DNA of 64,000 bases from Leptogorgia sarmentosa (lineage: Eukaryota), in assembly GCA_964658305.1 (NCBI GenBank), contig OZ210885.1, forward strand, positions 13,144,001-13,208,000. Reading direction: 5' to 3'. A program made the position numbers and the translations under genes. Shown piece by piece: positions 33,806 to 48,100 of this stretch. How positions within the stretch are numbered: the stretch's first letter is position 1; every line of letters starts with the position of its first letter. The notes beneath the pieces were generated by a model. That model saw only the letters and a list, made by a program, of their open reading frames with translations, made no database searches and was not told the origin of the DNA.

Positions 33806-36800
33806 GTCCAAAGATAAAGTAGTACTGATCAATCATCAAGGTGTATTTTCAATTGAATGGGTAACAGGGTAAGTCATTTGATAAGCATCGCTTTCCCTTA
33901 TGTCAGTACGTAATATCATCTGACATCAGAGTAAAGTAATAAAGTACATGGATTGGAGTTAATGAGTTCAAGCATTGACAATCAAGGTTATCTGCTTCAG
34001 TACCAATAAACATTTCCATCATGCACTAATGTAACCCAGAGGTATTCACGAGAGGCTTTGGGAGATCGGCGATATATTCTGGTTTACTATTTTATAGCTA
34101 CATTCCCGCGCCTATTTTAATTCCGAGTTAATCTATGACACTATATGGTATATATTACTAATTTTAAATGTTTTTTAAGTCATAATTTTACAGTTACACC
34201 AATTAAATTTTAACAGGCAGGCAAAACGATGTCCAATGCAATTTATAATTAACACAAGTCGTACGTAGTAGAAAGAGGCCATAGTCAACTGTAAGGAAAT
34301 TAAACTGCGTATGTTAACCCCCTTTCGATACTCTTGATTGAAGTTTTATTTGTTTCCCAGGCAACATGCCATGTATTTTCAACGTGTCAGGTTTCAATAT
34401 TTTCTCGGATTGCTCTTGGCATACGTACAGCCTAATGCTTTATTTCCGCTTTCATTTTGAAACTAAAAGAAGATTATCTATTTGGGATCCGAAGTCTTTA
34501 CACTTTTATGTTTAGTACTTTGAACGTAAAGACCGTACGATATAGCACAAGAAAAGATTTATTCAAAATGTTGCGATAGACATACTCAAATAAAGGTAAG
34601 AAACATAATATTTCTAGTGTCAATTAGCCAACGCGATTATTGTGGAATGCAGACTGTGTACACTCGCAAATGCCTTTGGAATGTGGTGCAAAATGATCTT
34701 CAAATATGCTATACAATACGAGAAACATGAATTGTTTTAAGATGGATAAATGTATGGATTCGAATTGAATATTTTCCCGTTTCAGCGTGTTATATAATGC
34801 TATACCTACACATGTTATTGTTATAGCTTGCATAACCATAAGACAAGGCAAAAGCACAGACAAGGTCTACTCATATTTATTCAAATATGCAATACGAGAC
34901 ATGACTCAGAATGATTTGGAACTATTTGCAAAATATTGTAGCTTTTAAAACTGAAAAGGTTAACCTAACATAATTTTTACATATCGCTCCTATATATAAT
35001 GCACTGATATAATGATTGATTATTAGTGTGAAATTTCATAATATGCGCTGAAATATTCTCACTGTAATGATGTGAGATATCTGCTGATTCACCTACAAGT
35101 ATCAGTTGCCTTTGTTCCTGTAATTCACCGAAAGGTCTTGATCCTGATTTATAGATTCATAGATTTACTATACACAGAGTTATAGTAAATGTACATACAG
35201 ATAATGTTTCTGCCAGACCAGGTCACTGAACTTGAGCAGCATGCTATATTTTTACGGTTTCGAAGTTACCATCTCAAGAAGGAACGAAGTGGGTTGTGTG
35301 CTAAGACACCCGCGAGTGTATCAAATTTTAGAAAATTGGATTATATTTTATAGTGACGTTGGACGTTGGTTCGAATGATGAATTAAATTACTGAGAAATG
35401 CCTGTAAATTTGATAAATTAATATATGCACAACGCAGGCGTAAATCAGTGTTTGAAAAGCTGCGATACATAAACGCGGAACTTTATGGACTTATGGAGGT
35501 CGAGGTAGGCTTAGGAAATGAGCCAGACTAGAAGATTTAGCACTTCTACTTAAAAATGAATAACGTGATTGATAGAGACGACAATGAATGAGTGGTTATT
35601 TTCCATCCCTAAGTGCAGCTATTGAGGTGAGCATTCAAGTTGCCTTAAAAACGTTTTATGCGCTTCATGTAATTCAAAACATTTTGGTTGCTAGCTCGCA
35701 TGAATTGTCGGGCATTAGAATGTGTCCAAAGATAAAGTACATAGTACTGATCAAGGTGTATTTTCAATTGAATGGGTAAGTCATTGATAATCATCGCTTT
35801 TTTTTGGTCAGTACGTAATATCATCTGACATCAGAGTAAAATAATAAAGTACATGGATTGGAGTTAATGAGTTCAAGCATTGACAATCAAGGTTATCTGC
35901 TTCAGTACCAATAAACATTTTCATCATGCACTAATGTAACCCAGCGGTATTCACGAGTGCGTTGGGAGTTTGGCGATATATTTTGGTTTACTATTTTATA
36001 GCTAAATTTCCACACCTATTTTTATTCCGAGTTAATCTATGACACTATATGGTATCTATTACTAATTTTGAATGTTTTTTAAGTCATAATTTTATAGTTA
36101 CACCAACTAAATTATAACAGGCAGCCAAAATGATGTGCAATGCAATATATAATTAACACAAGTCGTACGTAGTAGAAAGAGGCCATAGTCAACTGTGAGG
36201 AAATTAAACTGCGTATGTTAACCCCCTTTCGATACTCTTGATTGAAGTTTTATTTGTTTCCCAAGCAACATGCCATGTATTTTCAACGTGTCAGGTTTCA
36301 ATATTTTCTCGCATTGCTCTTGGCATACGTGCAGCCTAATGCTTTATTTCCGCTTTCATTTTGAAACTAAAAGAAGATTATCTATTTGGGATCCGAAGTC
36401 TTTACACTTTTATGTTTAGTACTTGAACGTAAAGACCGTACGATATAGCACAAGAAAAGATTTATTCAAAATGTTGCGATAGACGTACTCAAATAAAGGT
36501 AAGAAACATCATATTTCTAGTGCCAATTAGCCAACGCGATTATTGTGGAATGCAGACTGTGTACACTCGCAAATGCCTTTGGAATGTGGCGCAAAATGAT
36601 CTTAAAATATGCTATACAATACGAGAAACATGAATTGTTTTAAGATGGATAAATGTATGGATTCGAATTGAATATTTTCCCGTTTCAGCGTGTTTTATAA
36701 TGCTATACCTACACATGTTATTGTTATAGCTTGCATAACCATAAGACAAGGCAAAAGCACAGACAAGGTCTACTCATATTTATTGAAATATGCAATACGG

Positions 36801-37530
36801 ACATGACTCAGAATGATTTGGAACTATTTGCAACAATATTGTAGGTTTTAAAACTGAAAAGTTAACCTAACATAATTTTTACATATCGCTCCTATATATA
36901 ATGCACTGATATAATGACTTATTATTAGTGTGAAATTTCATAATATGCGCTGGAATATTCTCACTGTAATGATGTGAGATATCTGCGGATTCACCTACAA
37001 GTATCAGTTGCCTTTGTTCGTTGAAATCACCGAAAGGTCTTGATCCTGATTTATAGACTCATAGATTTACTATACACAGAGTTATAGTTAATATACATAC
37101 AGATAATGTTTCTGCTAGACCAGGTCACTGAACTTGAGTAGCATTCTACACTAGTATATTTTTTGGCTTCGAAGTTACTATCTCAGGAATTAACGAAGTG
37201 GGCTGTGTGTACTAAGAAATTACTGAGAACTGACAGTAAATTTGATAAATTAATATATGCACAACGCAGGCGTAAATCAGGCTTTGAAAAGCTGCGATAC
37301 AAAAACGCGGAACTTTATGGACTTTTGGAGGTCGAGGTAGGCTTAGGAAATGATCCAGACTAGAAGATTTAGCACTTCTACTTATAAATGAATAACGTGA
37401 TTGATAGAGACGACATTGAATGAGTGGCATTTTCCATCCCTAAGTGCAGCTATTGGAGTGAGCATTCATATTGCCTTAAAGACATTTTATGCGCTTCATG
37501 CAATCGAAAACATTTCGGTTGCTAGCTCGC
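33806..37530 (+). repeat. tandem duplication of an approximately 1.9-kb non-coding unit
   Basis: Units start with GTCCAAAGATAAAGTA at about 33806 and 35724; colinear with scattered substitutions and one deletion in copy 2. Confidence 0.9.
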
Positions 37531-39058
37531 TGTGTCAGTCTAGCACATTATAAACACAATTCGTATCAAATATCATTATTTCATTTCATGTGTCGCGGCT
37601 TCAAAGAAATGTTCCCAATGCGAATTTTCCATAACACCTACGGCCTCATTCTTTTGGACACCACTACATTTATTACAATCACCAAAACATTTAATACATC
37701 GTTTTTCTGTTTTGCTTTATCTCACATCACTGAAAAGATCGTAGCTACAATAATATCAAACATACTTGACCTTCAAAGCCATTGAGATTAGGTATTGTGC
37801 GCAAAGACGCGTTGAGACAGATATTTGCCAGATGTAATGTTTTAGCTTGCCACTCAAGAGATATTGTAGTGAGGATTTAAATTGAAAAATACGTTGATCA
37901 AGATCTGCGTATGAAATTTGTTTCACATTAAGTTAGGATGAGTAAACAAGAAAGTGGTTTCCATTTGACAAATAAAATTGTATGGCATCAGAAAATTTGA
38001 ATAATAATTCATGACCTACAGTGTCAAGATGGATTGCAATTTAGTGAGTTTACTCATGGGTTCACAACGCTTTCTTCTTCTCAATTAAATTCACAGAAGA
38101 TCATTGTTATGGAACAAAAATCTTTATGCTTTTAGGTTTCGTACTTTTACACGGGAAAGATTGTACGTTATGACATAAAACGATATTTGCTGTATTAAAA
38201 ATATTTCGATCGAAATGTAACATTCCTAGCTTGACTCGGCCAATGCGATTACTGCGGAATGCAGACTGCGTGTACTCGCGGATATTTTCCTATGCCTTTG
38301 CAATGTAGGGACTAGAGTAGAATACAAAGTCTTTAAAAATATCATACGAGAAATTCCAACTATTTTCTACAAGCGCAGCAGAGCCCATGGCCCAGAGTGG
38401 GCTGTAGCTTCCTCAATTTTTTGCTGGGTTATAATATGCTAACAAGAATATAGGAAGACTGTATAATCCACGCTTACAAATCGAAGGGATTACCGATCAA
38501 GAATGCCACACAAAATTGCTTATGCTGAGCAGGTTTCGCGTTATATTTTGCACGATACTATCTATACTGATCCGCAGTGAATGTGCAGAAATTAAAAATC
38601 ATATTTCTGGTATATCAGATGAAGTTTAAGTTGCGCGCTGTAGTTAGGATAAAAATTTAGAGATTCTAATGGGGGTAGTATCGCATAGCTCTTGGCTACG
38701 TAGACTGTGATTAATCTCCACTGTCATTTTGAGCCTCCAAGATTATATTTTAGAGCAGAAGTCTTAGTGAAATGTGGGCAACTGTGATGTATTTAATGAA
38801 ATAAAGGCAGCAAAAGTCATAACTCTACCTGAATTTCACAAACGACATTTTAACAATTTAAGCCTTAGATAGATGTGTTACCGTCATTTTCTCTTTGTAT
38901 ACAATATGGTTATAAATATGTTTGACTTTCACGTCTGATGGTAGCACGATAGAGAAATCGAAGTGACATATTGATAGAAACTCAAGGAAAATTCAAGGAA
39001 TTTTAAAACTTTTTTCTAAGGCATTCTCAAGTTCTCGCAGGCTGAATTTTAATCTGCC

Positions 39059-39295
39059 GGAAATTGAAAGGGATTTCCCCTTTTCTCAAGCCATGTTCTG
39101 ATTACACTCAGAGTTTTAATATTTTAGCCAGTCTGTGCTTTATTGTAGCAGTGAGTTTCATGTATTTCGTTCTCTGTCAATATAATCGCAATCATACTAC
39201 ATGAGGAGTACTTGAGCGGGACAGGGAATAACAAACGAGGTGAGTTTGATTTAAATGTCTAGTAAACCAAAGAAATTCCCGTAGGATTTCCCGTC
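39059..39295 (+). promoter_or_regulatory. candidate immune-type promoter and first non-coding exon
   Basis: GAAATTGAAA abutting GGGATTTCCC; two more kB-like sites at 39271-39292; strong donor GAG/GTGAGT at 39239/39240. Confidence 0.35.
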
Positions 39296-42200
39296 ACAGA
39301 GCTGCGAAGATGCCGTGTGTTAGGAAAGCAATATACCCGTTGAAAGGAAAATACGTTAGACATGAACGAAACAAATGACGGAACAAATATATTCAACCGT
39401 AATAAGGTTACAAATAGGTATAATATGCTCGAAATAATGAACGAACTGCGAAAGACCAAAGCCGGAAGCTAAATCCTCATGCTGTACGTTTATATTTTGC
39501 CATACATGATTGTATTGATTGCCATTTCAAGCGAGTTTATATCCCTATCAGAATTTATTTGCTGAAAACTCCACCAAAACCTAAAAGTTTTCGCTCTGTT
39601 AACACGGAATTTTTCAATGCTGATATTACTAATGCTAATAGAAATTGCTCATGAGGGGAATATGGCTTACTAAGCAAGATTTGCTTACAAATATTTATTG
39701 CTGCATTTCATATGACAAGGTTACAATCATGATTTAATATTAGTGAAATAATATCAGCAATTACGTTGGCTGATAGAAGTCTATCAAAATTCACCTTCTC
39801 ATTAAACAGGGTGCTCATAACAATATATACTGTACACTTTGGTGAATTCAGTGGCTAATTTTGTCCCCTTCATTAATGATTTTTCCTACAGCTTCTCTAA
39901 GGCATTCCAGCCCATTCCATACAAATTTCTTGGCAGTGACTAAGCCAAGCTGTGTTCAGACATACATTAATAAATGATATAGAAACTCTAACCCTATCAT
40001 CATTGACTTTATACTGTAGTACAGCATGCATCAAGTATTCAAGTTGTATATTGCATCAGTAGTTTGTGACCTAGCTGGTGATTCCTAGCATGGCACATAA
40101 GTCCAGAGCATTCCCTGTTACACAGCACCTTCACTTGCTCTAAAAACACCACCAAAGCCTCTAGCTTTTGCTCTGCTAACCCACATTCTTTCAGTACAAT
40201 TATATTGTGCTTAATATAAATTTGTTAAATTGTAAAGACAATTCTATTATTTGCCCAGCAAACAAGTTTTGTGTTACATATATTTATAGCTGTTTTATAC
40301 CACAAGAATTCAATCATGTTTTGATATTACAAGGATGTTAACCTCCTGGGCTGATGAATTAAATTACAATCCCTTCAAGATTTAATAGTAGCAGGGACAC
40401 AATATGTCACCCCCATATTACATGCATTTTGCTTCTCTTTAAAAAGATCAAAAAGTAAAAACTACATAACCAGAAATTGACAAAAAGACATTTTGGAGCA
40501 TTTTAATACATTGCTGCATATTATTGTGCCTTGTAAATGTAGCATATGTGATGATTGTTTCTCCATATAGCATATATAATTTGCTTGACAATTGGTTTTG
40601 TTATTTTTTTCAATAACTACTCTTGCGGTACTTGAGCTGCTCTCTAGATGTGTAATATTAGACAGTTGTGATTAGTTCAGCTGCTAAAATGCAGCATTAC
40701 CGTGGCACATTATATGGTTTTTTGCCAGCACTTTGTAGCATTTATTGTCACACTTATCAGTTTAGTGAAATTATTTACTAATTACGGCAAAGTGTTTTGA
40801 AACTCAACTTCCATTGCCAACAAGCAGTGTGTTCATGTAGATATATTTGAATGCTTGCAGTGGATAGGAAACGTGATTGAATGTATTCCTATACTTGAAT
40901 ATAAATATATCATACTAAGAAATATAAAACACAGCAATAAATGCACGTTTAAATGCACATCAGCTTTCTAACAATCTCTCAAAGTACTGTCTCTGTCTGG
41001 TTTTGAGTAATTTCACTGATTAAGAGTTTTTTAGGTTCTTCAATCGACTGTTTTAAATACACTGTAACGATAGTAAATAATTTTGGCACCTCAATATTGG
41101 AATTTCTGAAGATTCCAGCCTTATTTATTCCACCCTGAAGAATTTCTGCACGTGAAGTGTTTCTGATCCACCCCACTGAAATATATCTGCAACATTTGAT
41201 CAAAGCTGATGGAATTTCTACAACTCCCTGCATTATGTGCTTTTGAAAATTCTTTCAGAATTTTTGGAATTTTGAAAACTGATGAACTTGAGACATTAAC
41301 ACATTAAGCAGTGGCACCGGCACGATTTTATTTTGGGTTAATTCAAATACAAAATTTGTGAAGTCGGGCCGTGCTGAAAGGTCTGGGGAATTTTTTCTAC
41401 ATACCCTCAATGAAAAATTATGGGTTATCTGAAATGGAAGACAATTATACTTCGTGGAAAACTTGATAATCTCCTACTGGTCTTTTTTCTCTATCAAAAT
41501 TATACTTAGAAAAATATTGGGGGGGGGGGGTTAGTCCCCCCTTGCCCCCCTTCCCATGGCGCCACTACCATTAAGTTGTAGCACTGTGAGTAAAATGATC
41601 TTGTTTGAAAATGAATAAAATAATAGTGCAAAATGTGCCAGGGCCATTGCTAGCTTGACTGGTTAGCGAAAAGTGTTGGCAGATTTTTTGGTTTGCTCAC
41701 TGAACAGAGGGTGCATTGCCTTGTTGAGTAAATATATGAAATATATGTAATATTAACAACATTAGCAACCTGGAGAAGTTCTACTCACTGCCTAAAAGAT
41801 ACAATAAGATTCAACGTTTCGAGCAAAGGCCCTTTATTGCGTTTAGCCTGTTTGTCCCCGAGCCACGGCGCGAAGCGCCGTCCGGGCGTTAGCCCGGGGC
41901 GAGGGTAATAATTCCGCTATAGCGTGTCCAAAGTTCCTCGATTTGGCGGCCATTTTGGGTCAAGGTGTAAGAGCAAAATGCGTAAGGGTGGTCATCACTG
42001 ATCTCAAAATTATGCTGGACCATCATGACGAGCCGAAGCTTTTTAAAGGCTTAAAGCTTTTGGAAAGGCGAAAATAAAGACAAGATCTACGCTGTAAGAC
42101 TTGAAAAGCCTTCTCAGAAGATATAAAACGCTGAGAAAGGAGCACAAACGACTACGGATTGAAACACAAGATAAGTTCGTCAATATGTTGCCGGCAGTGA

Positions 42201-43398
42201 ACTTTTGTTTTGCGTATTTACTATCTACAGTCTACTATTTTCATGAAAGGTCGCCGTAGCCGCATTTAATCTATTCACAGCTCAATTCCAGAGTATAAGT
42301 TTATCGTTTTAAAGGCAAGACTTCACAAAATATTTACAAACTTTACCCCAAAAGAACACGAGCGAACATTGGCTGGAAATTGTTTCATATCAAAGACTGA
42401 CTTGTATATTTTATATTTAAAACGTTTTGTACAAATAAATGTAGTATTTCGCACCAAATTCAAGTTTATATTAGTCTTAATAACGTACGGATAACAAATG
42501 GTTCTCGAAATTTAAAAAAAATGCCAATAAAACAAAGATAAATATATGTTATTTGACAGTTTTCAAAAAATACAGAAATATGAATTCCGATCGTGTTGCC
42601 ATGACAACAACCTCGGGCAGCCTTTGAAGTACTTCATGTTCCAAAAATATAATTGCATTAATTGGTTAGTAAGGCGAGGGGTTGCTGCATGTATGTATTT
42701 CTAGTATACTTGTAAATGAAAATATGAAAACAAAAGGACACATGATAAAATAAAAACCAATCAGACAGATTTATAGAAAACAAGGAGTAAACGAAAATGC
42801 AAATGATACAATATTAAATTTCCCCATTACATTTACTGTATATGGGAAAACTGGAAGAAAGTTAAGGAGAAGATTTGGCGAACGTTGTCATGCAGTTAGT
42901 GCCAACGATGTAAACAAACCTGTGGCCAGATATTTTAATTCTGGTAGTCATAAATTCCAGCCCTCTGTCTCATTTCTGTTAGCATGCAACGACAGCGGCA
43001 ATAAGCCCCGCCCTTTTTTTCTCTTCATGACAAAAGGGAAAATTAGAGGGTTAAGGTAGTTCGCCAAACAGTTGGGTAAATTTATTGGGGGTCGCCTCTT
43101 CTTTTCGTGGTCATACCGTGAAACAGGGGCATCGCCCGGTTGTTGAACGGGGGGGGGGGGGGGACGATGAGCATCGAGGACGTGATATTTCCAGGGTGAT
43201 TTGGGGGCATACCCCCAGAAAAAATGTTTGATTTCTGGGACCTCTAAAACGCTGTTTTTAGGATTTTCAGGCCGGTATATTGATAATCTAAAAGCCACAT
43301 ATCGCACTTTTGTTCCAACAAAGACCATGAAAGCTGCTAAGCACCTATTGTTAAATAATAACTGGTCACATATTCGAGTATATAACAAAGCTAACTCT

Positions 43399-43765
43399 TC
43401 GCCCCATGTGAGGTAATCCGGAATCCGGAATCCAAATTTTTTTTGGCCTTGGAATCCGGAATCCAGCAGTTTGGAATCCGGAATCCTGGGAGTGGGATCC
43501 GGAATCCAAGTATCTTAGGGATCCGGAATCCAGACACATAGCCGTGCTGGAATCCAGTTTTTATTTGTTTTAAACCGACAATTTTTCTTTTTGCGTGCTG
43601 TAGTTTATATATGTTAAAAGCATAAAAACGGCTGTGGAGGAGGTAGCTACAAGTCTGGAATCCGGAATCCATGGAGAGGAATCCGGAATTCAAGGTTTGG
43701 GATCCGGAATCCAAATACGGGGATCCCGAATCCAGATATCTTCCGGATTACCTCACATGGGGCGA
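43399..43765. mobile_element. MITE with (GGAATCC)n internal repeats and 6-bp TSD
   Basis: TIR TCGCCCCATGTGAGGTAATCCGGAA; AACTCT on both flanks. Confidence 0.88.
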
Positions 43766-43889
43766 AACTCTCTGTCTTACCTAATCGATTATCTGCAATG
43801 TTTCTATATACTGATATGAAATACGTTGACGATGTTATAAACGTTGCTATAAACGGCTAAAATGTGGAGCTTGCCGATCTTTATTGGCA

Positions 43890-44456
43890 CGGCAATAACC
43901 ATTTACACTTGCATTTTTACCATTTTTTATGGCGATGGCACTGCATGAAAAATGTAGATCGGCACACACAATAGTCCGAAACGGCGATTTTTCATTTCGT
44001 TAATCACGTTTTCTACACAATTTCATCTATTATCGGAAATCATACATGTGTTCAGGGAAGTCTTATTTTACCTGGATTATCCCATTCCGTAATTGCTCTT
44101 GTGTCTTTCGATTATAACAGTATTACTTGTTATTCTCCAAAGATAATCTAATTTCTTCATCATTCCAAATATTTAGCAGAGCTACTGTCTCTGGCCATTT
44201 AATGCATCTATTATTTTTCAATTTTGTCTCACCTTTCTTTTCTGCGATTTTGAAAAACGTACCGCGCATGCGTACATAAAAACAAACTGGTATCATTTTA
44301 TATGGCACGGCATTTGTCCAACTATGCTCTGGGTCTCGGCACGGGTAGGAACAGAAATTTACACACAGAAATTTCCTGGTGCCGTGCCAATAAAAACCGG
44401 CACCCGTTCCAAATTTTAGCCGCGCCGCGCCAATTCATGTGTAGTGTAAATGGGCC
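43890..44456. mobile_element. PIF/Harbinger-derived remnant
   Basis: CCATTTACAC and GTGTAAATGGGCC ends; minus-strand Myb/SANT-like fragment WPETVALLNIWNDEEI. Confidence 0.55.
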
Positions 44457-44590
44457 TTTAGTGCCACGTAGTTTGATGTTAACTGCATATTAAAATATGG
44501 AGTGCATAAAAATGTTATGAAGTTCATTGAAAGTCTTTTTGAAATGCGTATACTTAATTCACGTATATTTTATTTGTAGATCCCTGAATA

Positions 44591-45188
44591 ATGGCAAGCG
44601 GTGCCAGTTATATATCAGATGAAGAATCCAGATGGGTTGTGATTGGTATTTGCCTTACCAAAGTTGTCACTCCCACCTTGAGGAAAGTTGTCGATGCAGA
44701 ATTGAAGAGCTGGTATCAAGACTTATGTAAACCACCTGTTGAAATTGATAAACAAACTTCTGGAAAGTATAAGAGAACATTTCCGCCATCAACCTTTTAC
44801 TTACAATATAAAAACATCAACGGTAATAATGCGCACAAATCTCCCCGTGCATATGACTACGCGGTGAAAGATGCTCTGTCTTTGGCAAAGTTGTTCGTTC
44901 AACCCTTCATGGCAAAGTTTACAGGTTTTGACGATACAATGGATCTTTCTGCTTTACTGACTATCATGTGTGAAGCAGATCCATTCATAACATCTGGTGC
45001 CTCAGTGTACGCAAAGAATGTAAGGTCAAAAGTGAGAAATGAGTGGGCGCATTGTAATTTTTCCAATTGGACCAATGCCATGTTCAATGATGCAATTCAA
45101 GACATGGAATTCTTGATGAAAAACATTAAGTTATCAGCTGTTCTTGAAAAACAGGCGTGTGATGATCTACTGGAATGGAAGAAAAAAG
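44591..45188 (+). CDS. exon 1: HEPN-like domain (CXorf38/DUF4559- or DZIP3-like)
   Basis: Acceptor TTTGTAG ending at 44579, ATG at 44591; LAKLF...DLSALL...VRNEWAH; donor AAAG/GTATCT, phase 1. Confidence 0.82.
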
Positions 45189-48100
45189 GTATCTGTTTAA
45201 ATTGCTTATGAATTTTGGTTTGACGTTTTGGCAGGGAGCTTCAGAATTTTGGAGTACATATCACGTACTACACCAAATTTCAATAACTTGTTTTTGAAGT
45301 CCGATAATTTGTGTTAAACGCGGCTGTAGCGTGAGGCTGATAAAAAACCATTGCAGTTTGTCCATAAAAAATCCTTGTGTTAAGATTCTATAATTATAAT
45401 CCATCGAAAGATATATTGCATTCATGTATAATATTTTTCTGGCCCTAAGGCCCGTTTTAGACGTCGAATTTCCGTCGCATCGAATGCAATTCAAACAATA
45501 GATAATGAGAAAACACAGCTCATTAACTATTGTTTGAATTGCATTCGACGCGACGGAAATTCGACGTCTAAAACGGGCCTAAGATAGGCTTCTGTTATCT
45601 ATCCACTATCAATCGATATCTTGCTCAAGGGGAATTTTTTGACAAAAATTCGTGATTAAATGCGAATACATTACTGCCTACTGCATCTGTGCATGGACTT
45701 ACATAACAACTGTTTCAATATGACTGTAGTATTATCAGTATACACAGTCCGTGCATGGTATAGTGCTGTATCAATTCATATTCCTAGAGCCGTGCTTTGA
45801 TTTATTAAAAACAAAATGTAATATAAAATTTGAACTGCATGAAGGAAACTAGAAAGCTTACTGAACAACTTTTTTCTGTCGTCAAAAGTGCTTAAATACG
45901 ACACCTTGAATGTCTTGTTCGAGGGAATTTTGTACTGGGAAGGACTGTTCGGTATACCGATATCCCGAAATATCGGTATGAAAACTAATATATCGGTATA
46001 TCTGTATAGGTTTTTTCGTTATACCCATATATCGAAGTTTTATATATACCGAAATTCTTCAATAAACTGTGATAGTTCTGTATTGTTGCTACTATGTGCG
46101 AGTGTAGTTATAGGCTGAAATTTATCAGTTAAATGGCTGTTGTAATTAAGTCCGGTTTTTAAGGCTATGCTTGAACACAACATTTTACATGCTTGGAATT
46201 GGTAAATATTCTCATCATGCGATTACAGCGTTAGACTTAAAGGTTTTTAAGCCCTTAGCTGATGTCACTCGTTAGAAATTGGTTTACCGATAATATCAGT
46301 ATAATTTCCCCGAATACCCATACCGGAAATTTCTCATACCAAACAGTACTAACTCTGGGACTTCCTTATAACTGCAAATACGGTACCTGTGCTTTTGTAT
46401 TATTTGCTTGATTTAATAATATACTTTTTCGTTCTTAGTCTCGGACGTTTTTCTTGATGGTCGTTACTTAAAATTACTTGACGAACTTCGCCGAAGTGGT
46501 GAAACCTGGCAGTTTGAAGCAGACAAAAAGGTTTGAGAAAAATCTAATATTCCCCCGAACAATCGCTAAATTAGCATTATATGGACCCGTTCAACAAGCA
46601 GACGATATTTTGCTTTTCCCGCGGGTGTTACAGGAAAGTTGGCCCCTTTTCGGGAACTTGTATCCCTCCGGCATAAAAAATCATGAAGCTATTCCCACAG
46701 GTTCTCTCGTAAAGGTTGTTTTTTCGTAAAGGTTGTTTTTTGTTTTTTGCCGGAGGTGTTTAGGAGTTGTAATTGATTGTATGCATGCACGGTGCTCGTT
46801 ATTGCGTGATAAAGAGGTGGATTGTTTTTCAGCCGATTTAAAACGCACCTAATTACGTATAACAATCCAGGTGATCTCGTGTTCGTGTTTCAACCAATCA
46901 GCGCCCAGAAAGGGTTGTCCGAATAGAAATCCACTTTGCTATATTTCACGCAATGATATCTTTCGTTATTCTTTATGAAACTAGTTGAAATTTTGTAATT
47001 ATGTTTGGTTATGACAACTATAGCTCTGACAAAAATATGGAATCGGAATAAAATATTTTATGGGAGATATTCAGTTGTTTCAATCGAAAAATGGATTTCT
47101 ATTTGACAGCTAGTCACAGTCCTTTTCCGTGTATTGAGATCACCTGGATGTTTAGTGATAACACGCTCAAAATAGCTTTAAGTGTTTTTAAGTGATCCTT
47201 AACTCAGGCACCATTAAACGCCGCAGGAGACCACGAATCGAATGCTTACTCTTAAAAATATATTGTATTTCGTCTTGAAATGTACTTAGCAGCTAAAATA
47301 TACAAAATTCCAAATAGCTGGAATTGTACTTTAAATGTGAAAGAAGACGCTTGCCAAGCGTTTGTCCTCGAGGAGAAGTTGCGGTTTCCGTCAACTGTAC
47401 TGGCGCATTTTCCGAAGGGAATGGAGTATGGCTACGTACACACCATTGGTAAACAATTTTAAATTCACGACACTGGAAAGCCCAATATCGACCTCCATCA
47501 ATGCATATCCAAGCAGTCGTTTTGTTTTACCTATACCTCCGCAGTTGACAGAATTTCGTCTAGAAAGCTCCACTGCCCTTTAGTTCTTATCAATAACGCC
47601 CAGAAAGCGTTTTAGTTTTGACCGAATACGCATAGAAACCACGCAGCTGTTTACTTTTGATCGATTACGCCTGAAAACCGTAAGCGCGTCGACAGTTTAG
47701 TGCGATTGATGACATGACTACCACTCAACTAACCAAGAGACGACTGCGAAAGATGCAGCCAATTGGGATTCCAGTTCTGCTCGCAGCATTTAAATTACAA
47801 TTCCTAATTCTAGCTGGTATTCGACTTTACTTCTTTAGCGACCAAGCATTCAATATGTCGTTCTCACTGTGAGGTATATGCTCGTAGTTTTTGACAGATC
47901 TTGAAGCAGAAAAAAAAGGCTAGTTGACAACAGAGGAAAAAAACTCTAAAAATGCCAGTGGCGTAGCAATAGCGATAATTGGGAGGGGGCATATTCATAT
48001 ACTCTTGTTCACATACCGTACGGCACTTAAAAATGCATGCTTACATACTAATGCTTACTTACTTACCGAAATCCCTGTATACTTGTTGTAAAGATATATC

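Noticed and set aside
43391..43819. ORFs with DSGF/GIQ repeats
   Set aside because: Translations of the (GGAATCC)n MITE
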